From contig PSKS01000001.1 in assembly GCA_040289115.1 (NCBI GenBank), positions 16,081-80,080 on the forward strand: a stretch of 64,000 nucleotides of DNA. The letters are read 5' to 3'. A model generated the notes under the pieces. That model ran no database searches, was not told the origin of the DNA, and saw only the letters and a list, made by a program, of their open reading frames with translations. The position numbers and the translations under genes were made by a program. Each line of letters starts with the position of its first letter. Position 1 is the first letter of the stretch. Source of the DNA: Chloroflexota bacterium. Its GTDB lineage: Bacteria > Chloroflexota > Dehalococcoidia > JAUQQI01. Shown here one piece after another: positions 1 to 10,403 of this stretch.

Positions 1-2
1 CC

Positions 3-533
3 GCCGACCGCATTGTCGCCAACCCCAACACCTTAACCGGCAGCATCGGCGTCATCACCGTAATTCCCACCTACGACGAACTGCTCAACAAGATTGGGGT
101 AAAGGTTTACGTTTTCCGCAGCGGCGCCTTTAAAGACACTACCAGTGGCATCCGACCCCTCCGCCCCGAAGAGGAGGCCCTGATGCAGGAGCTGGTAAAC
201 CAGGCCTACCAGCGGTTCGTGGACGTGGTGGCCGAGGGCCGCAACCTGCCCCGGGACCGGGTGCTACAGTTCGCCGATGGCCGGGTCCTGACGGGAACCC
301 AGGCCCAGGGCTTGGGCCTGGTGGACGAACTTGGCGACTACCATCGGGCAATCCAGCTTGCGGCCGAACTGGCCGGCATTCGGGGGGAGCCCAGGCTGGA
401 AAACTTCAGCCGTCGGGGCGGCCTCAGCGGTCTGCTGGGAAGCTTTGGGGTCGTCGGGCCGGCCGGAGTGGCCGGGTCAATTTTAGGCGTTGAAAACGGC
501 GTATCTTTAATGTATCTTTATACTGGTTTTTAA
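3..533 (+). CDS. sppA: Signal peptide peptidase SppA (S49), 5'-truncated by the window edge
   Basis: Frame open from position 3: ADRIVANPNTLTGSIGVI...SGAFKD...FVDVVAEGR...ADGRVLTGTQAQGLGLVDELG, all S49 hallmarks. Confidence 0.92.
   Translation, partial: ADRIVANPNTLTGSIGVITVIPTYDELLNKIGVKVYVFRSGAFKDTTSGIRPLRPEEEALMQELVNQAYQRFVDVVAEGRNLPRDRVLQFADGRVLTGTQAQGLGLVDELGDYHRAIQLAAELAGIRGEPRLENFSRRGGLSGLLGSFGVVGPAGVAGSILGVENGVSLMYLYTGF
490..520 (+). promoter_or_regulatory. Putative sigma70 promoter with tandem GTATCTTTA direct repeat, inside the sppA 3' end
   Basis: TTGAAA (490-495), N17, TATCTT (513-518). GTATCTTTA occurs at 501-509 and 512-520 (11-bp period) in an AT-rich patch just before ATG 537. 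Confidence 0.5.
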
Positions 534-536
534 ACC

Positions 537-1190
537 ATGGAGCTAGTGATAGCCGTAAGCCGGCAGCTTGGGGCAGATGGGGAGACGGTTGCCCGCCGGG
601 TTGCCGATGAGCTCAACTTTCAGTACCTGGACCGTGAGATCGTCAGTCGGGCGGCAATGCTGGCCGGGGTTTCCGAGGAAACCCTGGAAGAGGCCGAGAA
701 GGTCCCGTCCCTGCTCGCCCGCATTGCCGACGTTTTAGGCCGGTATCCTCCCGATGAGCTGTTTGCCGTTCCGGTGGGCACCCTACCCCCCGCCCCGGCC
801 TTGACCCATGATGCTTACCGGGCCCTGATCGAGCAGGTGATCCGGTCGGTGGCCGAACGGGGTCGGGCGGTCATCGTCGGCCACGCCGCCCCGGTGCTTT
901 TAAAAGACTACCCCAACGCCCTAACGGTCTTCGTCACCGCCCCCTTCGAGTACCGGGTCCGGCAGGTGGCGGCCCAGGAGCGGCTGGACCTTAAGGCCGC
1001 CGAAAAGCGGGTCAAAGAAGTTGACCGGGAGCGGGCCGAGTTTTTTAAGACTTATTACGGGGTTGACTGGCGCAGCCCCGAGCTTTACCACCTGACCGTA
1101 AACACCGCCCGCTTTGGGGTTGAAGGAGGCGTCCGGCTCATTGTGGCGGCCGCTCGCCTCATCGCCGAGCGGCTCGGTAGCCCCACCTAA
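537..1190 (+). CDS. Cytidylate kinase-like family protein (P-loop)
   Basis: VIAVSRQLGADG P-loop variant, LDREIV, VIVGH, D..R..FFKTYYG.DW..P..YHL.VNT. Confidence 0.85.
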   Translation: MELVIAVSRQLGADGETVARRVADELNFQYLDREIVSRAAMLAGVSEETLEEAEKVPSLLARIADVLGRYPPDELFAVPVGTLPPAPALTHDAYRALIEQVIRSVAERGRAVIVGHAAPVLLKDYPNALTVFVTAPFEYRVRQVAAQERLDLKAAEKRVKEVDRERAEFFKTYYGVDWRSPELYHLTVNTARFGVEGGVRLIVAAARLIAERLGSPT

Positions 1191-1208
1191 ACCCCACCCG
1201 GGTCGTCC

Positions 1209-1895
1209 GTGAAACCGGCTTTCGACCACCCCTGGGACCTTTCGCCCGAGGCCGCGGCCGCCCTCCAACAGCAGCTTGCCGGCCGGGTGATTCGAAGCGG
1301 TCGGCCCGAAAAGGTGGGGCTGGTGGCCGGGGTTGACCTGGCCGCCGGCCACCGGGACGGAGTAGCCCGGGCGGCGGTCGTCCTGCTAGGTTACCCGGAC
1401 CTGGGCCTGAGGCAGGTCATTACGGTTGAGGGGAACCTCACCTTTCCGTACATTCCGGGCCTGCTCTCCTTCCGGGAGACCCCCCTCATTCTGCGGGCCT
1501 TCGAGCAGGTCGAGACCCCACCCGACCTCATCTTCGTGGACGGCCAGGGCATTGCCCACCCGAGACGGTTCGGCATCGCCTGCCACATTGGGGTTCTCTT
1601 CGACCTGCCCACCGTTGGGGTCGCTAAATCCTGGCTCATCTGGCGGGAGGTAAAACCCGCTGAGCCTGGGCCGAACCGAGGCGACCGGGTGGTCCTTTAC
1701 GCCCGGGATGGGCCGGTGGGGGCGGCCGTAAGGACCCAGGCCGGAGCCCCGCCCGTATACGTGTCGGTGGGACACCGGCTGGACCTGGAGGCGGCGGTAG
1801 ACTGGACCCTGGCCTGTGTTAAAGACCACCGCCTGCCGGAACCCACCCGACTGGCCGACCTCGCCTCCCGAAACCGGCAGCTGGCCCTCTGGTAG
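1209..1895 (+). CDS. nfi: Endonuclease V (deoxyinosine 3'-endonuclease)
   Basis: AGVD, FPYIPGLLSFRE, VDGQGIAHPRRFGIACH, VGVAKS and RLPEPTRLAD motifs. Confidence 0.95.
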   Translation: MKPAFDHPWDLSPEAAAALQQQLAGRVIRSGRPEKVGLVAGVDLAAGHRDGVARAAVVLLGYPDLGLRQVITVEGNLTFPYIPGLLSFRETPLILRAFEQVETPPDLIFVDGQGIAHPRRFGIACHIGVLFDLPTVGVAKSWLIWREVKPAEPGPNRGDRVVLYARDGPVGAAVRTQAGAPPVYVSVGHRLDLEAAVDWTLACVKDHRLPEPTRLADLASRNRQLALW

Positions 1896-1995
1896 GCCAA
1901 GGCACCGGCCCGCCGGGCTTGTAATGGGGGCCGGGGCCGTGGTAAGTCATTAAGTAGCGGCCGGTTGTCCCGGCCCAGAACTGGAGGCCCAACCG

Positions 1996-3133
1996 ATGGC
2001 TGAAGTTGTCGACAAACTCGAAGAGCTTCTCCGCCGAATCCAAGACCTGACGGTGCGTCTTTGACATCCCCCGCCTGGAACAGGAGGCGGCCCGGCTCGA
2101 GGCCGAGGCGGCAAGCCCAGAGTTCTGGGTTGATTCTTCCCAGGCCCAGGCCACCTTGGTTCGCCTGGCCCGGCTTAGGGAGCAGGTCCGTCCCTGGCGG
2201 GAGCTGGAAACCCGGGTGAGGGAACTGCTGGAGCTGGGCAGACTGGCGGAGGAAGAGGGGGAAGATTCCCTCCTGGCCGAGGTGAAGGCCGAGGCCGAGA
2301 AGCTGACCAATCGCCTTGAACAGCTGGAATTCCAGCAGTACTTCTCGGGCGAATACGACCCCAATGACGCCCTACTAAGCATTCACGCCGGGGCAGGGGG
2401 TACGGATTCGCAGGACTGGGCCGAAATGCTCCTCCGAATGTACCTTCGGTGGGCCCAGGACCACGGCTTTGAGACGGAAATCTTAGACGTTACCCCCGGG
2501 GAGGAGGCCGGGATAAAGAGTGTCACCGTCGAGGTCCGGGGACCCTACGCCTACGGGTATCTTCGGGGCGAGAAGGGCGTCCACCGGCTGGTTCGCCTTT
2601 CCCCCTTCGACGCCGCTCACCGGCGCCACACCTCCTTCGCCCTGGTGGAGGTCTTGCCGGTGGTCGAACGGGATGTCCGGGTGGAAATCCGGCCGGAAGA
2701 CCTGAAGGTCGACCGCTTCCGGGCCAGCGGTCCCGGCGGCCAGAACGTGCAGAAGGTGAGCACCGCCGTCCGTGTTACCCACATCCCCACGGGCATCGTG
2801 GTCACCTGTCAGTCAGAGCGGTCCCAGGCCCAAAACCTGGAAAACGCCCTCAAAATCCTAAGGGCCAGGCTCCTCGAACTTGAGCTTAGGCGCAAAGAAG
2901 AAGAGATCGCCCGACTCCGGGGGGAGCGAGTCTCGGCCGAGTGGGGCAATCAGATCCGCTCTTACATCCTGCACCCGTATACGTTGGTCAAGGACCACCG
3001 CACCGGGTACGAAACAGCCCAGGCGGACCGGGTCCTCGACGGGGAGCTCGATGAGTTTATTCGGGAATACTTGCGCTGGTCGCTGGCCGGGGCGAAGGCG
3101 GCGGCCGGGGTGGGCGACGGGGGTGAAAGCTAA
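1996..3133 (+). CDS. prfB: Peptide chain release factor 2, expressed through a +1 programmed frameshift
   Basis: GGAGG SD, then ATG 1996 MAEVVDKLEELLRRIQDLTVRL, then CTT TGA C (2059-2065). The +1 frame continues DIPRLEQE into the 2156..3133 ORF with the SPF tripeptide and GGQ motif. Confidence 0.95.
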
Positions 3134-4440
3134 TGGTAAGGCGAGGATTTTGGGGTCTGCTTCTGTTGGCTGGCCTGCTGATGGGCTGGGGCCTGCTGCC
3201 GGCCCGGGCCGAACCGGCCGTAAACGTTAAGGTCGACAACTACGTCATAAATTTCCCTAACGAGGTCGTCTTCAGCCTCGAGGCCGAAGCCCCCTTCGAG
3301 ATAACCAAAATCACCCTTAACTTCCGGGCCGGTAGCACCCTGGCAACCCGCTACGGCTATCCCGAGTTTGCCCCCGGAACCCAGGTAAAGGCAACCTACC
3401 GACTCCGTACCAGCGGCGGCGAGAACAACCAGAATTACCTGCCCCCGTTTACGACCATCCGGTACTGGTACGTTTTCGAGGGCCCCAATGGGGAGCGAGT
3501 GCAGACCGCGGAGAAAACTTTTCTTTACCAGGACACCCGCTTCGTCTGGAAGACCTTAGAGAACGGCCCCGTAACGGTGTTTTATTACGGGGGGGCCGAG
3601 CCGACGGCCCAGGTAGTCCTGGATACCGCCCTCCAGACCCTGAACAAAATGGGGCGGGAAGCTGGCATCAGCCTGGAGCGACCGGTTAAGGTGATCCTTT
3701 ACAATACCAAGCCCGATATGGATGGGGCGATCCCCTTCACCTCGGCCACCAGCCGCCGGGAGCTGATAACCGCCGGCCAGGCTTACTCCGAGCACGACCT
3801 GGTACTGGTCCTGGGCGTAGGTCGGGACATCATCCGCACCGTGGCCCACGAACTCACCCACCTGATTACCCACCAGCTCGCCGACAACCCTTACCGGCAG
3901 ATTCCGGCCTGGCTTAACGAAGGCCTCTCCATGTACGCGGAGGGCGACCTTTACGGCGAATACAAGCGGGCCCTGGAAAACGCCATCCGACAGGACCGAC
4001 TCTTCTCCGTGAAACAGATGACCACCATGCCCGGCCGGCCAGAAGACGTAATCCTCCTCTACGGCCAGTCCCACAGTCTGGTCAAGTTTTTAATTGAGCG
4101 TTACGGGCCGGATAAGATGCGCCAGCTCCTGGCGGCCTATAAGGAGGGGACGACCGACGACGATGCCCTCCGCCGGGTTTACGGGTTTGACCGGGACGGC
4201 CTCTACGCCCAGTGGCGGCAGAGTCTGGGGCTGCCGGCCGAGCCGGGCGGCGGAGCTCAGCCAGGTGCAACCCAGCCCGGTGCCCAGACCCCGCCCGCCC
4301 CACCCCCGCGGGCGCCGGCAGCCCAACCCTCGGCCTTTGCAATCCCCCTGACGGTCCTGCTAGGCGCGGCCGTCCTCGGGGCGCTGGGGCTGGCCGCCCT
4401 GGCCGGAGCGGTCGTCTTCCTGGTCACCCGCAACCGCTAA
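3133..4440 (+). CDS. Secreted, membrane-anchored MA-clan (gluzincin-like) metallopeptidase
   Basis: Signal peptide, HELTH...WLNEGL zinc motif, Pro/Ala-rich linker, C-terminal TM helix with basic tail. The start overlaps the prfB stop (TAATG). Confidence 0.82.
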   Translation: MVRRGFWGLLLLAGLLMGWGLLPARAEPAVNVKVDNYVINFPNEVVFSLEAEAPFEITKITLNFRAGSTLATRYGYPEFAPGTQVKATYRLRTSGGENNQNYLPPFTTIRYWYVFEGPNGERVQTAEKTFLYQDTRFVWKTLENGPVTVFYYGGAEPTAQVVLDTALQTLNKMGREAGISLERPVKVILYNTKPDMDGAIPFTSATSRRELITAGQAYSEHDLVLVLGVGRDIIRTVAHELTHLITHQLADNPYRQIPAWLNEGLSMYAEGDLYGEYKRALENAIRQDRLFSVKQMTTMPGRPEDVILLYGQSHSLVKFLIERYGPDKMRQLLAAYKEGTTDDDALRRVYGFDRDGLYAQWRQSLGLPAEPGGGAQPGATQPGAQTPPAPPPRAPAAQPSAFAIPLTVLLGAAVLGALGLAALAGAVVFLVTRNR

Positions 4441-4443
4441 GGG

Positions 4444-5610
4444 ATGTTCCCGCGGCTCGGGGTGGCCCTGTTGGCCCTCATCGCCGGGGTCGCCCTGGCC
4501 TTTTATGGCCTTCGGCCTGGGGGTCTGCCCTTGACTTGCTACCTGGCCGACCGCGAACCGCCCCAGGTGGAAATCAGCGGACCGGCCGGTCCCGTTCGGG
4601 GGCAGGTGACCTTCACCGTGAGCCTTTCGGATAACTGCCGGGTTGGGCAAGCTCAGGCCTACCTGGATGGTCGGCCCTTGGCGGTAAGCCTGCCGGCGGT
4701 TGGGGTGGATACGGCGGGCCTTCCCGACGGCGACCACCGGCTGGTGGTGCTGGCCGCCGACGTGGCCCTGCGCCCCAACGTGGGCCGAGCTGAGGCGCCT
4801 TTTAAGACCGACAATACCCCACCCACCTTAATGGCCCCGGCGGGCCCAATTTTGATAAGGCAGGGCCAAGCCCGCGCGGTGGAGATCGCCAGCAGCGAGC
4901 CCCTGAGCCGGGTGGAACTGCGTTGGGCCGACTTTACGGTCCCCATAACCGCCGAGCTCACCCGCATCTGGGTACCGGTAGCCGCCGGTCCGACCGAGCC
5001 GCCCGGCACCCGCCGGCTTGAGGTCGTGGCCTGGGACCCGGCCGGCAACGAGGGCCAGCTTACGCTTGAGGTTCGCGTTCAGGCCGGGAACTTTCCCCTA
5101 GACTATGTGCCGGTGGCCCCAGAGCTTACCCCCCTCCTCGACCCCCAGGTTCTCGCCCAGGAGGAGACCTACCTGGCGGGGGTCTTTCGCCGGGTGACTT
5201 GGCCGCCCCGGTGGACGGGGGGCTTTCGCCAGCCGGTGGCGGCACCGGTAAGTTCGGCCTTTGGGGCGAGGCGGAGCTACGCCGGAGGGGTCCTTTCCGC
5301 TCCCCACCTGGGGGTAGACCTGGCAGCCCCAGCCGGGGTGCCAGTGGTAGCAGCCGCCGACGGCCGGGTGGTCCTGGCCGAGGGCTTACGGGTGCGGGGC
5401 AATGCCGTCATCATCGACCACGGCCTCGGCGTTTATACGGCCTACTATCACCTCAGCGAAATCCGGGTTTCGCTGGGGCAGCAAGTTCACGCCGGCGAAA
5501 CCCTCGGCCTGGTGGGCAGTACCGGCTTGGCGACCGGCCCCCACCTCCACTGGGAGCTGCGGGTCTTCGGGGTCCCTGCTGACCCTCTGGGTTGGGTTGG
5601 GGCGGACTAA
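4444..5610 (+). CDS. M23 family metallopeptidase with N-terminal TM helix and Ig-like domains
   Basis: HLGVD, GNAVIIDHG, YYHLS and GSTGLATGPHLHWE motifs. Confidence 0.9.
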   Translation: MFPRLGVALLALIAGVALAFYGLRPGGLPLTCYLADREPPQVEISGPAGPVRGQVTFTVSLSDNCRVGQAQAYLDGRPLAVSLPAVGVDTAGLPDGDHRLVVLAADVALRPNVGRAEAPFKTDNTPPTLMAPAGPILIRQGQARAVEIASSEPLSRVELRWADFTVPITAELTRIWVPVAAGPTEPPGTRRLEVVAWDPAGNEGQLTLEVRVQAGNFPLDYVPVAPELTPLLDPQVLAQEETYLAGVFRRVTWPPRWTGGFRQPVAAPVSSAFGARRSYAGGVLSAPHLGVDLAAPAGVPVVAAADGRVVLAEGLRVRGNAVIIDHGLGVYTAYYHLSEIRVSLGQQVHAGETLGLVGSTGLATGPHLHWELRVFGVPADPLGWVGAD

Positions 5611-7500
5611 CTAGTCGCCCGGCCGGAACTCGCCCTCGATGGGCCCTTCCTCTCGACCGCCCGAATCGGAGCCGCCGGTGCCGGTTGTACCCGTCGCCTG
5701 GTAGAGGTGCACGCCCACCTGACTCAGCGCATGCTCAAGCTCTTCGACGGCCCGCTGCAGGTCCCAGAACTGCTCGGTCTCCATTAGGGACCGAACCCGC
5801 TGAATCTTAGACTCCACGTCGGAGCGCAGGCTGGCCGGGACCCGGTCGCCGTGCTCCCGGAGGGTACGTTCGGCGGTGTAAATTAGGGAGTCAGCCCGGT
5901 TGCGCAGCTCGATAAGCTCCCGCCGGCGCCGGTCCTCCTCGGCATGCGCCTCGGCCTCCTTGACCATCCGCTCGATCTCTTCCTTGGTGAGGCCGCTGGA
6001 GGGCTGAACCACCACCCGCTGTTCACGGCCGGTGGCCAGGTCTTTGGCCGAGACGGTGAGGATGCCGTTCACGTCGATCTCAAAGGTCACCTCGATCTGG
6101 GGCACACCCCGGGGCGCCGGGGGGATGCCGTCCAGGATGAAACGGGCAACGCTCCGGTTGTCCTTGGCTAAGGGCCGCTCGCCCTGGAGGACATGGATCT
6201 CCACCGAGGTCTGGTTGTCGGCGGCGGTGGTAAAGATCTGGCTCTTGCGAACCGGGATGGTGGTGTTGCGGGGTATAATCGGCGTCATCACCCCGCCCAG
6301 GGTCTCAATGCCCAGGGTGAGTGGGGTGACGTCCAAAAGCAGGATATCCTTAACCTGGCCCTGAAGGACACCGGCCTGGATGGCGGCCCCAACAGCCACT
6401 ACCTCGTCGGGATTGATCCCTTTGTGGGGCTCCTTGCCGAAGATTTTGCGGACCCGCTCCTGCACCAGGGGCATACGGGTCTGGCCGCCCACCAAAACGA
6501 CCTCGTTTACCTGCTCGGGCTTAATGCCGGCGTCCTGGAGGGCCTGCATCACCGGACCTACCGTCCGCTCCACCAGGTCCATGGTGAGCTGCTCCAACTT
6601 GGCCCGGGTGAGGGTCATAAGCAGGTGCTTCGGGCCGCTGGCATCGGCGGTGATAAAAGGCAGGTTTATCTCCGTCTGCATCACGGTAGAAAGCTCGACC
6701 TTGGCCTTCTCGGCGGCCTCTTTCAGCCGTTGGAGGGCCATCCGGTCCTGGCGGAGGTCGATGCCGTGCTCTTTCTTGAACTCCTCGCAGACCCAGTCGA
6801 TGATCCGCTGGTCGAAGTCGTCGCCGCCCAGGAAGGTGTCGCCGGCCGTGGCCAGCACCTCAAAGACACCTTCCCCGACCCGCAGGATGGAGATGTCGAA
6901 GGTGCCGCCGCCCAGGTCATAGACGGCGATGATCTCGTCCTTGGGCCGCTTGTCGAGGCCGTAAGCCAGGGACGCGGCCGTAGGCTCGTTGATGATGCGA
7001 ACCACCTCCAGGCCGGCGATGGTGCCGGCATCCTTCGTGGCCTGCCGCTGGGCGTCGTTAAAGTAAGCCGGAACGGTGATGACGGCCTTGGTGACCTTCT
7101 CGCCCAGCTTGGCCTCGGCGTCCATTTTGAGCTTCTGCAGGATCATCGCCGAGATCTCCTGGGGCGAGTACTCCCGGCCTCCCATCACCACCCGGACGTC
7201 GCCGTTGGGGGCGGCCACAATCTTATACGGTAACCGCTCCCTAGCCCGCTGAACCTCCGGGTCATTGTATTTGCGGCCCATAAGCCGCTTAACTGAGAAA
7301 ATGGTGTTCTCCGGGTTGATAATGGCCTGGCGCTTGGCCAAGATGCCCACCAGCCGCTCCCCGGTTTTGGGGTTAATGGCGACCACCGAGGGCGTAAGGC
7401 GGGAACCCTCAGCATTCTCGAGGACGACGGGCCGGTCGCCCTCCCAAATCGCCATCACCGAGTTAGTGGTTCCCAGGTCAATGCCCAGAATGCGCGTCAT
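5611..7500 (-). CDS. dnaK: Molecular chaperone DnaK (Hsp70)
   Basis: [35 protein letters not shown] and VGGQTRMP motifs; GGAGG SD. Confidence 0.98.
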   Translation of the reverse strand: MTRILGIDLGTTNSVMAIWEGDRPVVLENAEGSRLTPSVVAINPKTGERLVGILAKRQAIINPENTIFSVKRLMGRKYNDPEVQRARERLPYKIVAAPNGDVRVVMGGREYSPQEISAMILQKLKMDAEAKLGEKVTKAVITVPAYFNDAQRQATKDAGTIAGLEVVRIINEPTAASLAYGLDKRPKDEIIAVYDLGGGTFDISILRVGEGVFEVLATAGDTFLGGDDFDQRIIDWVCEEFKKEHGIDLRQDRMALQRLKEAAEKAKVELSTVMQTEINLPFITADASGPKHLLMTLTRAKLEQLTMDLVERTVGPVMQALQDAGIKPEQVNEVVLVGGQTRMPLVQERVRKIFGKEPHKGINPDEVVAVGAAIQAGVLQGQVKDILLLDVTPLTLGIETLGGVMTPIIPRNTTIPVRKSQIFTTAADNQTSVEIHVLQGERPLAKDNRSVARFILDGIPPAPRGVPQIEVTFEIDVNGILTVSAKDLATGREQRVVVQPSSGLTKEEIERMVKEAEAHAEEDRRRRELIELRNRADSLIYTAERTLREHGDRVPASLRSDVESKIQRVRSLMETEQFWDLQRAVEELEHALSQVGVHLYQATGTTGTGGSDSGGREEGPIEGEFRPGD

Positions 7501-7546
7501 CGTGTGACCTCCGCTGCCCGATGTTCCTTCTCAGGCTTTCATTTCA

Positions 7547-7602
7547 AGGATAGGCTGCTAAACCTCTGCGGTGGGTAAGAGAAGTCTTAGATTTTTCTTG
7601 GA
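7547..7602 (-). promoter_or_regulatory. Putative activator-dependent dnaK promoter with tandem TCTT(A/G)GA boxes
   Basis: Minus-strand -10 TATCCT (7547-7552) with no recognisable -35. Plus-strand TCTTAGA (7585-7591) and TCTTGGA (7596-7602) have an 11-bp period. Confidence 0.4.
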
Positions 7603-7614
7603 AGTTGGCCGGCC

Positions 7615-8328
7615 CTACTCGCCGTCCAGCTCCAGGGGCCGGAAGGCATACCCCACCGACCGCTTGGTTAGGATATACCGCGGGTTCTGGGGGTCGGGCT
7701 CGATCTTGCGCCGCAGGTAGGTAACGTAAAGGTGAACGTAATGGATCTCGTCCCGGTACTCGTGGCCCCAGACCTTAACCAGCAGGGTCTCGTAGGGGAT
7801 GGTCCGGCCGGCATTCTGAACCAGGTGGTAAAGGAGGCGGTATTCGGTGGGCCGCAGGGGTATCCGCTGCCCGTTGACGATTACCTCCCGCTCTTCAAAG
7901 TCGATGGTCAGGTAATCGTCGACCTTTAGGACACCCCGGGTCGTGGGGGAGTTAGCCTCAACCCGGCGTAGAACGGCCTTAATCCGGGCCAAAAGCTCGT
8001 TCGGATTAAAGGGCTTGGTTACGTAGTCGTCCGCCCCAAGCTCTAAACCCCGGATTTTATCCGCCTCCTCGCCCCGGACCGTCACCATGATGACCGGGAC
8101 CTGGGAGACCTCCCGAATAAGCTTGAGCACCTCGAACCCGTCGAGCTGGGGCAGGCCCACATCCAGCAGAACCAGGTCCGGAAGCTCCTCCCGAACCTTC
8201 TGCAGGGCCTCAAGGCCGTCCATCGCCTCGAGGACATCGTAGCCGGCCCGCTCCAGGCTCAGCCTGATGAAATCCAGAACCCTCGGTTCGTCGTCAACCA
8301 CCAGAATCTTCCGTCTGGCCTTGGGCAT
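7615..8328 (-). CDS. OmpR/PhoB-family DNA-binding response regulator
   Basis: [16 protein letters not shown] (phospho-Asp), [10 protein letters not shown], winged-helix [15 protein letters not shown]. Start re-called to ATG 8328 with a GAAGGA SD. Confidence 0.93.
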   Translation of the reverse strand: MPKARRKILVVDDEPRVLDFIRLSLERAGYDVLEAMDGLEALQKVREELPDLVLLDVGLPQLDGFEVLKLIREVSQVPVIMVTVRGEEADKIRGLELGADDYVTKPFNPNELLARIKAVLRRVEANSPTTRGVLKVDDYLTIDFEEREVIVNGQRIPLRPTEYRLLYHLVQNAGRTIPYETLLVKVWGHEYRDEIHYVHLYVTYLRRKIEPDPQNPRYILTKRSVGYAFRPLELDGE

Positions 8329-10171
8329 CTTCGTCCTTCCCTTCAATCTGCGCATTGGGTACCAGGTACACGGCCGGCAGCTCTGCCGGCGCCTCACGGG
8401 GGAGGGAGAAATAAAAGGTCGAACCTCGCCCCGGTCGACTCCGGACCCAGATTCGGCCGCCGTGGGCCTCCACCACTGCCCGGGTGATAAACAGGCCCAG
8501 ACCGCTTCCCTCCACCGGCGGCTGGTTCGGCCCAGTTACCCGGTGGTACGGCTGAAAGATCCGCTCCTGCTCGGCGTAGGGAATGCCGACCCCCGGGTCG
8601 CTCACCGCAACCACCACCTCGTTACCCTGCACCGTGGCCGAAACCCGGATGGTGCCGCCGTTGGGCGAATACTTTACGGCGTTATCCAGCAGGTTATACA
8701 GCACCCCCTCGATCCGGTCCCGGTCGGCCGTAACCAGGGGCAGCTGTTCGGGAACCTCCACCACAAAGGTGTGGCGGCGGGAGCGCTTGCTGAACCGCTC
8801 AACCCCCTGCTCGATGAGGGGCTTGAGATTGAGGGGCGCCAGCTGCAGCCGCAGTACCCCCGCTTGAACCTTGGCCACATCCAGCAGATTGCGAACTAGG
8901 CGGGAGAGGCGGTCGGCCTCGTCGGCGATGGCCTCAAGGCCCGCCCGCAATACCCGGTCCCGCCGACTGGCCGGGCGCTGCCCGAGGGAAACAGCGTAAC
9001 CTTTTATGATGGCCACCGGGGTGAGCAGCTCGTGGGAGATGGCCGAGATAAAGCCCGTCCGAGCTTCGTCCTCGGCGTGAAGGGGCCCGATATCCTGGAT
9101 AGCCTCCGCCCAGCCCCGAAGCCGCCCATAGCTGTCCCGGATGGGCGCCACCGTCCACAGCACCGCCCGCCGGGGCCCCCCCGGCACCGGGATATATGCC
9201 CGGACGGCCGCCCGCTCGTCGTTGCGCAGGTCGGCCAGGGGACAGTGGCGGCCGCAGACGGGTTCCCCAGAATCGTCCACCAGGGGAAACACGTCCCGGC
9301 AGAGTCGGCCAGCAACGTTGGCACCGGCCCCAGAGGCCAGCTCCTGGGCGGCCGGGTTTGCGGCCACCACCCGGCCCTCGGCGTCCACCAGAACCAGGCC
9401 TACGTTGGCCACCTGCCAGAAGGCGTTAAGCTCGGCTAGGTTCCGGGCCAGCCGGTCGGTCAGGAGGCGCCGGTGCCAGGCCAAGGTGATGAGGCCGGCC
9501 GCTACCTCCAGCCGGGCCTGCTCTTCGGCCGAGAAGGGCCGATTGGTGAACCGGCCCACAACGAGCAGCCCCAGCCGGTCCCAGTCCACCCGAAGCGGCC
9601 GCAGCCAATAGGCGCCGTAACCGCTCCAGCGCAGGAACTGGCCCAGCCAGGCCGACGCCGTTGGGTCCCGCTCCAGCTCATCTAGGTCGGTGATGCCCAG
9701 GTAAGGGATCCGACCTGGAGCTTCCGGTGGCCAAGCGTAGCCCTCAAAATCCCCGGCCAGGGAACGGCGAACCCAAAGCACCACCTGGTCGGCTCCGGCC
9801 ACCTCCACCAGCCGGGGCCCGATTACCCAGATGGGGTCAACCGTCAGGTCCCGGCAGAGGGCGATGGCCAGCTGGTTCAGGCCCTCAAGGCGGCCGTCGT
9901 CGCCGAGGGTTAGCAGAAACCGGCGAGTCCCCAGTGGGACCGTCGAAAGGCTTCGGCCGTCGGGCAAAGTTAAACTGCCGGCCGTAATCAGCCGGTCCCA
10001 TTGGGCAGACTCGAGGCCCAGGGCCTTGGGCAGGGGCTCCAGAGGGGAGCCGAAGTGAGCAAGGAACGCCCGGTTTGCGTGAAAGACGACACCCCGCCGG
10101 CCCACCACGGCCGCCGGCACCGGCAAAGCGTCTACAATCCCTTTAAGCTCCGATTTTAGCCGGCGAGACAT
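8294..10171 (-). CDS. Cytoplasmic PAS/GAF/PAS sensor histidine kinase
   Basis: ISHELLTP H-box, [22 protein letters not shown] and GSTFYFSLP motifs. No TM helix. The second PAS domain carries C...CxxxCP. Confidence 0.92.
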   Translation of the reverse strand: MSRRLKSELKGIVDALPVPAAVVGRRGVVFHANRAFLAHFGSPLEPLPKALGLESAQWDRLITAGSLTLPDGRSLSTVPLGTRRFLLTLGDDGRLEGLNQLAIALCRDLTVDPIWVIGPRLVEVAGADQVVLWVRRSLAGDFEGYAWPPEAPGRIPYLGITDLDELERDPTASAWLGQFLRWSGYGAYWLRPLRVDWDRLGLLVVGRFTNRPFSAEEQARLEVAAGLITLAWHRRLLTDRLARNLAELNAFWQVANVGLVLVDAEGRVVAANPAAQELASGAGANVAGRLCRDVFPLVDDSGEPVCGRHCPLADLRNDERAAVRAYIPVPGGPRRAVLWTVAPIRDSYGRLRGWAEAIQDIGPLHAEDEARTGFISAISHELLTPVAIIKGYAVSLGQRPASRRDRVLRAGLEAIADEADRLSRLVRNLLDVAKVQAGVLRLQLAPLNLKPLIEQGVERFSKRSRRHTFVVEVPEQLPLVTADRDRIEGVLYNLLDNAVKYSPNGGTIRVSATVQGNEVVVAVSDPGVGIPYAEQERIFQPYHRVTGPNQPPVEGSGLGLFITRAVVEAHGGRIWVRSRPGRGSTFYFSLPREAPAELPAVYLVPNAQIEGKDEDAQGQTEDSGG

Positions 10172-10181
10172 TCCACAGAAA

Positions 10182-10215
10182 ATCATAGCAAATTGACATA
10201 ACCCGTGTCAGGTTA
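10182..10215 (-). promoter_or_regulatory. Putative promoter for the HK-RR operon with overlapping palindromes
   Basis: CTGACA, N18, TATGAT with TGn extension, 10 nt before ATG 10171. Palindromes TGACA-N7-TGTCA (10194-10210) and TAACC-N7-GGTTA (10199-10215). Confidence 0.5.
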
Positions 10216-10403
10216 CCCCCTAAGAGCGCAGGGTCTTCGTGCAATCGTTGGTCTTTTTGTCGGGGCGTACGCCACCTAGTTATCGCCTGATGGCTCCTTA
10301 AAAGGAGGCTGGCAACAAAACCGGAAACTCCGGCTAAAACCACGTACTTAGGGCTGGCGTTATACAATCTATCCTGGGGCCGAGCGGTCGGGCAGAGGGC
10401 CCG

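Noticed and set aside
6193-7233. 346-aa ORF antisense to dnaK
   Set aside because: This is the well-known antisense shadow of hsp70 genes, often mis-annotated as NAD-glutamate dehydrogenase. It arises from codon bias and has no SD or motifs.
7540-7562. CIRCE half-site TTAGCA upstream of dnaK
   Set aside because: There is no second arm (GAGTGCTAA) at N9.
10305-10365. c-di-GMP-I riboswitch-like words (GGCAA, GAAA, CTCCGGCTAAAACC)
   Set aside because: The GACGCAAAG junction and the second-stem pairing are absent.
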